From Thermodesulfobacteriota bacterium (GTDB lineage Bacteria; Desulfobacterota; WTBG01; JAGOGO01): DNA of 32,000 nt. The DNA lies in contig CP113000.1 of the NCBI GenBank assembly GCA_026625185.1, positions 735,622 through 767,621 on the forward strand. The letters run 5' to 3'. Below, piece by piece: positions 17,402 to 25,899 of the stretch. The translations under genes were made by a program, and so were the position numbers. Positions within the stretch are counted from its first letter, which is position 1, and each line of letters starts with the position of its first letter. The notes below the pieces were generated by a model that did not search any database, was not told the origin of the DNA, and saw only the letters and a program-made list of their open reading frames with translations.

Positions 17402-18814
17402 ATGGAAGACAAAGAAAAAAAACCGAAAAGGAAAATTGTACCCAACAAAACCAAAATGCCGGAACAACCACCGCTGGAGCGTGTTAAAAATTTTAAGGAA
17501 GTTCCCCTCGGATATTCGGAAGATCAGGCAGTAGAAGAAGCAACTCGGTGCATTCAATGCAAAAATCGGCCGTGCATAGAAGGGTGTCCGGTTGAAATAG
17601 ACATTCCAGACTTTATTGCACTTATTGCGGAGCGAAAATTTGTTGAAGCCGCCCGGAAAATGAAGGAAAAAAATGCTCTTCCCGCTGTCTGTGGCCGGGT
17701 GTGCCCTCAGGAAGTTCAATGCGAAAGTAAGTGCACTTTGGGGAAGAAAAATGAACCGGTGGCCATTGGTCGCTTGGAACGGTTCATCGCTGACTGGGAG
17801 AGAGAAAATAAAATGGTTCAAACGCCTTCTCGCCCAGCGCCCCGGGGCAAGAAAGTAGCGGTAGTAGGTTCGGGTCCGGCTGGTCTTACGGTTGCTGCTG
17901 ATTTAGCTAAGCTTGGTTTTGGCGTAACTATTTTTGAAGCCTTGCATAAGGCTGGGGGCGTTCTGGTTTACGGAATCCCTGAGTTCCGGTTGCCAAAAGC
18001 CATTGTTCAGGCGGAAGTTGATTATGTGAAGAGCCTGGGCGCTGAGCTTGTTACCAATGCTGTCATTGGAAACCTTTATACTATTCCGGAACTCTTCAAC
18101 AATGGGTATGATGCAGTGTTTATCGGGATCGGCGCTGGTGGACCGATGTTTATGGACATTCCGGGCGAAAACCTGAACGGCGTTTACTCCGCCAATGAGT
18201 TTTTAACTCGTTCTAATCTTATGAAAGCCTATCTCTTCCCCGAATACGACACTCCGATAAAAAGAAGCAGAAATGTTGCCGTGGTAGGTGGAGGGAATGT
18301 GGCCATGGATTCTGCCCGGACCGCTCTTCGATTAGGCGCTGATGCTGTATATTTAGTCTATCGCCGTTCCCGTGAGGAGATGCCTGCTAGGGCCGAAGAG
18401 GTGCACCATGCCGAGGAGGAAGGATTAATTTTCAAGTTTCTCACTAATCCGATCAGAATCGTTGGCGATGAAAAGGGCAATGTTAAGGGAATGGAGTGTC
18501 TGAGAATGGAGTTGGGGGAACCTGACGCATCGGGGAGACGAAGACCGATTGCGGTAAAAGGCTCAGAGTTTATCATTGACATTGATACGCTGATCATGTC
18601 TCTGGGAACAAACGCCAATCCGCTTCTTCCTCAATCAACCCCCGGTCTTGCTTTGAACAAGTGGGGATATATTGTTGCTGACGAGGAAAACGCCGCAACC
18701 AGCCTACAGGGTGTTTATGCGGGTGGTGATATTGTAACCGGAGGAGCCACGGTTATTCTTGCGATGGGCGCGGGCAGAAAAGCCGCCCGGGAAATTGCAA
18801 AATATTTAAGCTGA
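17402..18814 (+). CDS. nfnB: NfnB/SudA-type subunit (homotetrameric glutamate synthase small-chain-like, 2x[4Fe-4S] plus FAD/NADPH)
   Basis: CIQCKNRPCIEGCP and CGRVCPQEVQCESKC clusters. Rossmann motifs VVGSGPAGL and VVGGGNVAMD. 470 aa. Confidence 0.85.
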   Translation: MEDKEKKPKRKIVPNKTKMPEQPPLERVKNFKEVPLGYSEDQAVEEATRCIQCKNRPCIEGCPVEIDIPDFIALIAERKFVEAARKMKEKNALPAVCGRVCPQEVQCESKCTLGKKNEPVAIGRLERFIADWERENKMVQTPSRPAPRGKKVAVVGSGPAGLTVAADLAKLGFGVTIFEALHKAGGVLVYGIPEFRLPKAIVQAEVDYVKSLGAELVTNAVIGNLYTIPELFNNGYDAVFIGIGAGGPMFMDIPGENLNGVYSANEFLTRSNLMKAYLFPEYDTPIKRSRNVAVVGGGNVAMDSARTALRLGADAVYLVYRRSREEMPARAEEVHHAEEEGLIFKFLTNPIRIVGDEKGNVKGMECLRMELGEPDASGRRRPIAVKGSEFIIDIDTLIMSLGTNANPLLPQSTPGLALNKWGYIVADEENAATSLQGVYAGGDIVTGGATVILAMGAGRKAAREIAKYLS

Positions 18815-18883
18815 TAAATATCAGCTTCAAAAGTTGTATTTATCAGTCAGAAATATCTGTATTTTATTTGAATTTTTTTTGGG

Positions 18884-18943
18884 AATGGCCTATATTTTTC
18901 GGTAGAAGCACTTTTTACCCGGAGAATTGAGGCCATTTTTTTT
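18884..18943 (+). terminator. Possible terminator downstream of nfnB
   Basis: AATGGCC (18884-18890) pairs with GGCCATT (18931-18937) and is followed by a T8 run. The loop is very large, so confidence is low. Confidence 0.3.
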
Positions 18944-19148
18944 GTTTAAAGCGAATCCTGAAAAATTCCCAAATTTCATAAAACCGATTCGCTTTCCTTT
19001 TTTCTTTTAAATTTATTACTTGATTGACGGCGGTCTAAGAGCATGGGTAGTTAAGAAGTATCTTGTTTCAATTATAAATCAAAGAAAATGAAGTTGCTTA
19101 CCAAATAAAATAGTTATTATAAATTATATTGTTAAAGGAAGCGCAAAC

Positions 19149-19910
19149 CTGAAAATAGCAATTACCGGTAAAGGCGGGGTTGGAAAAACCACATTTTCTG
19201 CTCTCTTGTGCAGGTCGTACGTTGATGCTGGGTATCAGGTTTTAGCGGTTGATGCTGATCCTGATGCTAACCTTGCCTCTACGCTTCGGTTTCCCACGCC
19301 TGAGGACATTACCCCGATCTCCAAAATGGATGAGCTGATCGAAGAAAGGACCGGCGCCAAACCCGGCTCGTATGGGGCTATGTTTAAAATTAACCCTACC
19401 GTATCCGACCTCCCGGAAAAACTTTGGGTTGAACATTATGGAATTCGGCTCATGGTGATGGGAGGAGTAAAAAAAGGAGGAGGTGGGTGTGTCTGCCCGG
19501 AAAGTGTTTTGCTTAAGACACTGATTCAACATCTCATTCTGTACCGAAAGGATGTGGTGGTCATGGATATGGAAGCAGGGATAGAGCATTTGGGAAGGGC
19601 AACGGCTGCCTCAGTCAATGCTTTTATTACGGTGGTTGAACCGGGAAGACGGAGCATGGAGACCGCGTATCGCATCCGGGAATTGTCTGAAGAGATCGGC
19701 ATTTCCAAGGTCTTTGCGGTGGGAAACCGCGTGAGAAACGAAGAAGAAAAAGAGTTTATCCAAAAACTTTTACCCGATTTCGAGGTTCTCGGATTTCTTC
19801 CTTATGATGAGCGGGTTATCGAGGCAGACCAAAAGAACTTGCTTCTTTGGGAGCATTGCCCGGAAGTTTATGAGGAGGTAAAACGGATAAAAGAAAAATT
19901 AACATTTTGA
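19149..19910 (+). CDS. cooC: CooC/AcsF-family nickel-insertion ATPase (MinD/ParA fold), apparent CTG start
   Basis: Walker A GKGGVGKTT is encoded at 19167-19193, upstream of the first canonical start (TTG 19206). CxC nickel motif GGGCVCPES. AAAGGAAG SD at 19134-19141. Confidence 0.8.
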   Translation: MKIAITGKGGVGKTTFSALLCRSYVDAGYQVLAVDADPDANLASTLRFPTPEDITPISKMDELIEERTGAKPGSYGAMFKINPTVSDLPEKLWVEHYGIRLMVMGGVKKGGGGCVCPESVLLKTLIQHLILYRKDVVVMDMEAGIEHLGRATAASVNAFITVVEPGRRSMETAYRIRELSEEIGISKVFAVGNRVRNEEEKEFIQKLLPDFEVLGFLPYDERVIEADQKNLLLWEHCPEVYEEVKRIKEKLTF

Positions 19911-20556
19911 CTTTTATCATCATAACTGCTTCTAAAATAGATTTTAACGCAGAATAATTTTTAAAAAACAGACTATTGGTGATGCAGTTCACCTTTACCG
20001 CTCTTCAAAGACCGATAGCTTCTGGTTTATACCCGGAAGGAGTTTTGTTTATGGGACTGTCAGCTCAATCATTAAACAAATTACAAGTCGGACTTTCCTT
20101 TTAGCCCTCTAGGAAGATTGGTGAAAATTTTCGCCTCGTCTCTCCTTATCCCCAGATCGAAGCATGCGAAAACCTGCTTGCTAAGAAAGCACCAATTGAC
20201 ATGGGTATCCTGAGCCAATTTAAAAGGCAAATAGTTCGTTTTTGAATAGCATTCTGGGGTTCGCCGTTGCTTTTATTCTTGTCCAAGAGTATGCTAAAAA
20301 TAGTTATAGTTTAAAGGTGGTGCTCCTTAAGATAGTTAAATATTCCTTGGAGAACATCAAACAAGCAAAGGAGAGCCACCTGAGAAAAGTACTACGAATT
20401 GGAGAAAAAGAGGGTAAAATTGGAACGTGAAGAGCGGCGTGATCAGCAGAACAAGACCGCTAATCGTTTTGGCACTTGCCCTACCCGGGCAAGGGAGGGT
20501 TTATTGTTGGCGAAGCTAATCCTTTTTTCCCAAATTTTTAGAAGGAGGAAGACGTA

Positions 20557-21039
20557 ATGGCCCAAATACTTGACGAGGTAAATAAGAGCATGGAGGGGTG
20601 TGTGATGTTGGCTCTCTCGACATTCAGAAGATCTGAAAAAGCTGTTGCTATTGCAATGGAAAAATGTCGAGAAATTAAAAATTTGATGATCGTTTATGTC
20701 ATAGACATCAATGTGGCCCGCTACATTGTAGACGCTGAAGAGGAATTCTTAATCGGTTTGAAAGAAAAAACTGAGGCCGAGCTGCTGGAAAAAGCTGAAA
20801 AAGACGCCCGGGAAGAGGTAGATAAAATTGCCGAGGAAGCGAAAAAAAAGGGAATACAGGTAAAAACAGTTCTACAGTTGGGCCGGTTTGCCGTTGTTTG
20901 CCTTGACGTGGTTAAGCAAGCGCACCCATCGGTGATTGTGACTACCCGATCACGACGACCCGAATGGGTGAGAAAATTTTTCGGCTCACCGGTGGACGAG
21001 CTGATTGCCAAGGCTGGATGCCCTGTTCATGCAATATAA
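20557..21039 (+). CDS. Universal stress protein (UspA-fold) with a degenerate ATP motif
   Basis: Usp-like layout (LMIVYVID ... VIVTTRSRR...FFGSPVDELIAKAGCPVHAI). Strong GAAGGAGGAAG RBS. Confidence 0.55.
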   Translation: MAQILDEVNKSMEGCVMLALSTFRRSEKAVAIAMEKCREIKNLMIVYVIDINVARYIVDAEEEFLIGLKEKTEAELLEKAEKDAREEVDKIAEEAKKKGIQVKTVLQLGRFAVVCLDVVKQAHPSVIVTTRSRRPEWVRKFFGSPVDELIAKAGCPVHAI

Positions 21040-21257
21040 ATTTCGAGTTTTCACGTGGTCGATGATCATGATTTTATTCGGGAGTGGTTTTGCATCTCTG
21101 ATGTCAGTGGGTGCTTCAAGAAATAGTCGAAGTTAAGATCGGTCTTTTTTTGACCCAAAAAGTCGGAAGACTTATTGAGAGAGAGGCATGCAATTTGATT
21201 AAATCAAGGTGAATGAGTTTTAACATCTCTCTGTATCTTAGAACCATCGAGGAAAGT

Positions 21258-22181
21258 ATGCGAGTAGTGATTGTTGGTGCCGGTGCCATGGGTTGCCTCT
21301 TTGGATTCCTCCTTCATAAGGCAGGAAAAGAGGTCTGTTTTTTAGAAAAGCACCCTGTTTTAGTTAAACATATTAAAGAAAACGGTATCCACGTTGAAGG
21401 AATAAGCGGAGAACATCACATTTTCCCTCCGATTACTTCTGAAGCAAAAGAGATAACTCGGGCTGATCTCATTTTAATTTTTGTAAAAGCTTTTGATACT
21501 TACCAAGCGATTTTGAGCGCAAAGCCTTTAGTCGGTCAGGAATCAGTTGTGCTTACCCTGCAAAATGGAATCGGAAATGTAGAAGAAATTGTGAAGGTTG
21601 TGGACCAAAAACGAACAATTGCCGGGACAACGGCCCATGGAGCCACCGTCCTTGGCTTAGGCCATATTCGTCATGCTGGAACCGGAGAGACGGTGATTGG
21701 AGAACTTGATGGTAACAAAACTCCACGATTAGAAAAGGTAAAAACCTTCCTTGAGTCAGCGGGGATTAAAGTACAACTCACTCAAGACGTTATCGGTTTG
21801 CTTTGGAGTAAGCTTCTCATCAATGTTGGGATCAATCCGTTAACAGGTATCACGGGATTGCGGAATGGGGAATTGCTTGATTACGAGGAAACCCGGGCAA
21901 TTATGCATCGTGCGGTAAATGAGGCAAAAGTAGTTGCAGATCGAAAAGGCATTTGCCTTATCTATCCTAACCACCTCCAAAAAGTTGAAACCGTTTGTCA
22001 AGCTACTGCCCAAAATATTTCGTCTATGCTTCAAGACATCCGGAATAAGAAAAAAACGGAAATCGACTTTATTTGCGGAGCAATTTTGCGAGAGGGAAAA
22101 AAGTTTGGTTTGGATCTACCGATCAACCAAGCCCTGACCCATCTCATCCATCTCTTAGAAAATTTGGGACAAAACATTTAA
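21258..22181 (+). CDS. panE: 2-dehydropantoate 2-reductase
   Basis: MRVVIVGAGAMGCLFG Rossmann start and ApbA/PanE blocks (LWSKLLINVGINPLT, SSMLQD). ATG 21258 follows GAGGAAAG. Confidence 0.85.
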   Translation: MRVVIVGAGAMGCLFGFLLHKAGKEVCFLEKHPVLVKHIKENGIHVEGISGEHHIFPPITSEAKEITRADLILIFVKAFDTYQAILSAKPLVGQESVVLTLQNGIGNVEEIVKVVDQKRTIAGTTAHGATVLGLGHIRHAGTGETVIGELDGNKTPRLEKVKTFLESAGIKVQLTQDVIGLLWSKLLINVGINPLTGITGLRNGELLDYEETRAIMHRAVNEAKVVADRKGICLIYPNHLQKVETVCQATAQNISSMLQDIRNKKKTEIDFICGAILREGKKFGLDLPINQALTHLIHLLENLGQNI

Positions 22182-22361
22182 CTAAATTAACTAGGTTTCC
22201 TTTTTTGTATAATACCCCTCAAGATTTTTTAAAATCCCCTTAAATTTTATTTTGAGTCCCCCCGCTTCTTTCACCATCTTTAAATTATTTACCTTTTTCA
22301 TTCCAACTTGGTTAGTGTTCCATCAGCGCTTGTGCATTACCAGGAAAAAAGTTTTAAATGC

Positions 22362-22390
22362 TTGACAGAATACAAGCAAATAATATAAAT
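22362..22390 (+). promoter_or_regulatory. Candidate promoter of the TetR/FadR gene
   Basis: TTGACA (22362-22367), 16-17 nt spacer, TATAAAT (22384-22390). Confidence 0.55.
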
Positions 22391-22393
22391 ATT

Positions 22394-22411
22394 TGAATGA
22401 ATATTCATTCA
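22394..22411 (+). promoter_or_regulatory. Perfect 18-bp palindromic operator TGAATGAATATTCATTCA (FadR/YsiA-box-like)
   Basis: Perfect dyad seen directly. Starts 4 nt after the -10 element and lies 34 nt upstream of the regulator start codon. Confidence 0.7.
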
Positions 22412-22444
22412 TTATCATTTTATTGTTAGATAGGATCAAAGCCA

Positions 22445-23089
22445 ATGAGGGAACAAGAAAATTTCAATCAAGAAGAGAAAGAAAAATTACCCCGCGGCAT
22501 AGATAAACACGAACGTATTTTGAAGGCTGCGCTCAAGGTTTTTGCAGAAAAGGGTTTTTATAACACCCGAATTTCCGAGATTGCCAAAGAGGCAAATGTA
22601 GCTGATGGCACAATTTACCTTTATTTTAAAAATAAAGATGACCTGCTCATTTCCCTTTTTGAAGAAGAGATTGGGAAAATTTGCCAATCAATGCGTGAGG
22701 AGATGAATAAAACAGATGATCTCGTTGAAAAATTGCGAATTTTTGCCTTGGGTCACCTTAATAGAATTCTAAAAAATCGGGAATTAGCCGAAGTTATCCA
22801 GGTAGAGTTGAGGCAAAGCGCAAAATTCATGCGGGAATATGTTAATAAGGGCTTTGTTGAGTATATTAATTTTGTGCGGGAAATAATTCGCGAGGGTCAG
22901 GAAAAAGGGGTTTTCCGGAATGATGTTGCTCCCGGTATTGTGAAGCGAGCTTTTTATGGGGCGTTAGATGAAATGGCTCGCTATTGGATTCTCTCTCCCA
23001 TCAAGAAATACAACCCCATTGATTGTGCGAAAGCGATAAGCGAAATTTTTATTCGGGGTCTTTTAGCTAAACCCCAGGGAAATGAATGA
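22445..23089 (+). CDS. fadR: TetR-family regulator, Bacillus FadR (YsiA)-like fatty-acid degradation repressor
   Basis: The HTH region ISEIAKEANVADGTIYLYFKNKDDLLISLF and the later QVELRQS closely resemble B. subtilis FadR/YsiA as I recall it. 214 aa. Confidence 0.8.
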   Translation: MREQENFNQEEKEKLPRGIDKHERILKAALKVFAEKGFYNTRISEIAKEANVADGTIYLYFKNKDDLLISLFEEEIGKICQSMREEMNKTDDLVEKLRIFALGHLNRILKNRELAEVIQVELRQSAKFMREYVNKGFVEYINFVREIIREGQEKGVFRNDVAPGIVKRAFYGALDEMARYWILSPIKKYNPIDCAKAISEIFIRGLLAKPQGNE

Positions 23090-23215
23090 TACCAAGCCGC
23101 CTTCATTTGCATATCTTTGTTGTCTCCTCGTCATACTCCTCGACGTACTAAAACGTACGCCTGCGTCGATTCCTCGTCGTCGCCTCGATCTGCTTTTGAA
23201 TGCAACTTGGCATGG
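23087..23215 (+). repeat. Fold-back intergenic repeat, family B copy 2 (129 bp)
   Basis: Aligns with 30217-30345 (about 90% identity) and 1802-1910. Its first triplet TGA is the fadR stop codon. Confidence 0.9.
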
Positions 23216-23222
23216 GGTGTTT

Positions 23223-24218
23223 TTAGGTTTGGAGGATTTTTTCTAACCGAACAAGGTCCTTTTTCTCCCCCAAAGTAATCAAGGTATCCCCCGCATTAAT
23301 TCGCACATCTCGCGAAGGATTAAACACCATCTTGCCGGAAGTTTCTTTTATCGCCACAATTATCACCCCTAAATTCTTGCGAATTTCAGCTTCTTGCAAA
23401 CTGCTTCCCACAAGACCGGAATGCGGTTTAACCAGAAACTCTTCACACTGCAATTCCATGCTTTTGCCGTGGAAAGCAATCTCAATAAAATCAACTACTG
23501 CCGGGCGCAGGATAGCCTGGACCATGCGCACCGCCCCCATTTGATAAGGAGAAATGACTTTATTAGCGCCTGCCTGCTGCAACTTCCTTTCGGAACTCTC
23601 GTTAGTGCTCCGAGCGAGAATGAAGAGATTAGGGTTCAGCTGACGAGCGGTCAGTGTTATATAAACATTGTCAGCATCGGAAGCCACCACCGCCACCAAC
23701 CCGCGCGCCTTTTTTACCCCTGCCTCAATCAACACCTCATCTTCAGAAGCATTCCCATAAAGATAAAGGTAGTTTTCTCGTTCCAGCTTCTCACGGAGGT
23801 TCTCATCTTTTTCAATGACAATATAAGGAACTGATGCATTTCTTAGCTCCCGGCTGATATAACTGCCCATCCTCCCAAACCCACAAACAATATAATGATC
23901 TTTTAGATTTTTAATTTCTTTTTCCAATTTTTTCCTCCCCAGTACTTTTCGGATCTCCCCTTCAATTATAGGTTGAATAATACTGCTTAAGGCATAAAAG
24001 CCGATTCCTGCCCAAACTACTATAAGCACTATCGTGAAGATGCGTCCATTAAATGTTAAAGGATGGGTTTCTCCAAATCCAACCGTAGCGAGAGTAATAA
24101 CCACCATATAAAGGGAATCAAAAAAATTCCACCCTTCAATGACCATATAACCTCCGATTCCGATGATAAATACGGAAAGGAGGAAGATGATGGCCCATTT
24201 AATTCTTTTGACTTCCAT
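23223..24218 (-). CDS. Two-TM potassium channel with RCK (TrkA-N/TrkA-C) domains, MthK/Kch-like
   Basis: Selectivity-filter-like TVGFGET after the pore helix. Rossmann-type IVCGFGRMG. C-terminal TrkA-C-like segment. Confidence 0.85.
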   Translation of the reverse strand: MEVKRIKWAIIFLLSVFIIGIGGYMVIEGWNFFDSLYMVVITLATVGFGETHPLTFNGRIFTIVLIVVWAGIGFYALSSIIQPIIEGEIRKVLGRKKLEKEIKNLKDHYIVCGFGRMGSYISRELRNASVPYIVIEKDENLREKLERENYLYLYGNASEDEVLIEAGVKKARGLVAVVASDADNVYITLTARQLNPNLFILARSTNESSERKLQQAGANKVISPYQMGAVRMVQAILRPAVVDFIEIAFHGKSMELQCEEFLVKPHSGLVGSSLQEAEIRKNLGVIIVAIKETSGKMVFNPSRDVRINAGDTLITLGEKKDLVRLEKILQT

Positions 24219-24249
24219 AGATATCTAAAAAAAATTAGGATGAAAAAAA

Positions 24250-24774
24250 TCAAGGGTCAAAAAAAAAGATTTCCGGCAAGTTGCGGTACTGTTCAGAAAA
24301 GTCAAGCCCATAACCCACCACAAAACAATCCTTCTCCATGGTAATGCCGACATAATCTACCCCGATCTCAACCTTGCGCCGGGCTTTTTTATCGAGGAGA
24401 GCGCAGATTTTTAATGACCGAGGCCTTCGCTTGGTAAGTTCTTGTTTAAGAAACTCCAGGGTCAAACCAGTGTCAATAATATCTTCCACGATAATTACAT
24501 CTTTACCGGTTATGGATGTTTCTAAATCTTTAATAATCTTTACTTTTCCCGATGAATGAGTTGAAGCTCCGTAGCTGGCAAGGCGGACAAAGTCTATATG
24601 CGCGGAAGTTTTTAAAGCCCGGACCAAGTCAGCAAGAAATATAAACCCTCCTTTTAAAACTCCTATTAAAACGATTTCTCCTGATGGGTAGTCTTGGGAG
24701 ATCTGTTGCGCGAGATCCTTTACCCGCTTAAGAATTGTTTTTTTATTATAAAGGAGTTTAAGTTTTTTGCTCAT
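24250..24774 (-). CDS. hpt: Hypoxanthine phosphoribosyltransferase
   Basis: PRPP-binding block VIIVEDIIDTGLTL. 174 aa with the typical Hpt layout. Confidence 0.9.
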   Translation of the reverse strand: MSKKLKLLYNKKTILKRVKDLAQQISQDYPSGEIVLIGVLKGGFIFLADLVRALKTSAHIDFVRLASYGASTHSSGKVKIIKDLETSITGKDVIIVEDIIDTGLTLEFLKQELTKRRPRSLKICALLDKKARRKVEIGVDYVGITMEKDCFVVGYGLDFSEQYRNLPEIFFFDP

Positions 24775-24970
24775 GAGTAAAGAAAGTATTTTAAAATATT
24801 TTATCTTTGATATCAGAAAAGAGCGCCTCTGTCAATCAAGAATCTAATTTTGTTGGTTTTTCCAGAAGCTTTGTTTTTGGCGTTTGGAGAATTCATCGAT
24901 TTGTAATATTATAAATAAAAAGATACCACCCTGACCACGGAAGACAATATTTATTTTTAGGAATTTGAAA

Positions 24971-25276
24971 GTGCGCATCCTTGATGATGGTAAAAAAAGG
25001 ATTGAAGAGTTAAAAAACATTCTTTTTAAAAAGGGTCTTGTGGATAAAGATGAGGAAATCATTGAAGCAATGATGGAAGATCTTACTCATTTTGCATACT
25101 TCATGGGGTGCATTACCAAAAGTGATGTCAAGCGACTTCTTGGTCTCACTGACCAGGAAGCGAAGGCCAAAATAAGATACTGGAAGAATTGGCAGGAAGG
25201 AAACCGGAGCTGTGGTTTGAGCAGGAATCCTTTTACCGAAGAGTGGGATTTAACCAGAGTTAAAAAAACAAAATAA
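24971..25276 (+). CDS. Hypothetical protein (~101 aa)
   Basis: ORF with AGGA (24959-24962) 8 nt before GTG 24971. The track start TTG 24965 has poor spacing. No domain recognised. Confidence 0.45.
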   Translation: MRILDDGKKRIEELKNILFKKGLVDKDEEIIEAMMEDLTHFAYFMGCITKSDVKRLLGLTDQEAKAKIRYWKNWQEGNRSCGLSRNPFTEEWDLTRVKKTK

Positions 25277-25290
25277 ACGGAGGGCAACAG

Positions 25291-25533
25291 ATGCCTATTT
25301 ATGAATTTATTTGCCTAGAATGCAAAAACATTTTTGAATTATTAGCCGTAAAAAAAGGCGATCTGCTTGAAATAAAATGTCCCAGCTGCGATTCCGATAA
25401 CCTGGAACGAGCGATGAGCAAGATTGCGACAACCTCAGGTGGTAATTCAGGCAAGAAACAAACTCCCGTAGAAAACCGGTCTTGTTCTTCCGGGACCTGT
25501 TCCACGATAACTCTTCCCGGTCACACTAAATAA
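25291..25533 (+). CDS. FmdB-family zinc-ribbon protein
   Basis: MPIYEFICLECKNIFE ... CPSCDS, the characteristic CxxC-N-CxxC FmdB N-terminus. GGAGGG RBS. Confidence 0.75.
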   Translation: MPIYEFICLECKNIFELLAVKKGDLLEIKCPSCDSDNLERAMSKIATTSGGNSGKKQTPVENRSCSSGTCSTITLPGHTK

Positions 25534-25692
25534 ATTTCGTCCTCGCTCAACATCGGTGGAAAGCAATGTGTGGTGATGGAGATGGGAACATCCAGGTTTT
25601 ATATAAGCAAGAAAAAAATCACCTCATTGAGTTCATAGGTATATTGTTTTTTATCGTAATTATGATCTGCGGGTTATCCCCAGGTTATGATA

Positions 25693-25840
25693 GGGTTTAG
25701 AGTAGGTTTAGAGGTTTAGGAGGTTTAGGGACGTTGACCAATTTTATCACTTTCCTTGCTCACTCTGCATCCTTCTCTCGCCATCCTAATTTTCGAATCC
25801 ATTTTAAATTTTTAAGTGTAAAAATTGGTCAACGTACCCT
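25693..25840. repeat. REPIN-like doublet: a GGTTTAG tandem array followed by two inverted 19-20-bp repeats 75 bp apart
   Basis: GGTTTAG x4 (25694-25728). AGGGACGTTGACCAATTTT (25727-25745) versus AAAATTGGTCAACGTACCCT (25821-25840). Confidence 0.8.
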
Positions 25841-25899
25841 CTCTTCCCCCCAGGCATCAGATCCCCTGGTCTCCCTTTCAAGTAAAGAATAAATTGAAT

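Noticed and set aside
18810-18830. Palindrome AAGCTGATAAATATCAGCTT overlapping the nfnB stop codon, as a terminator
   Set aside because: The loop is minimal and no T-run follows. The hairpin plus T8 at 18884-18943 is a somewhat better, though still weak, candidate.
20242-20430. 62-aa ORF in the long spacer before the Usp gene
   Set aside because: TTG start without an SD, a Lys/Leu-rich low-information sequence, and no recognisable motif. Insufficient support for a gene.
20310-20470. TPP- or cobalamin-riboswitch-like words (GGTGGTGC, CTGAGA, GCCACCTG) upstream of the Usp gene
   Set aside because: The diagnostic cores are absent (the ACCUGAUCUGGAUAAUGCCAGCG-type pyrimidine sensor for TPP, and a proper B12 box with surrounding helices). 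The resemblance is limited to short words. Kept only as an unclassified leader.
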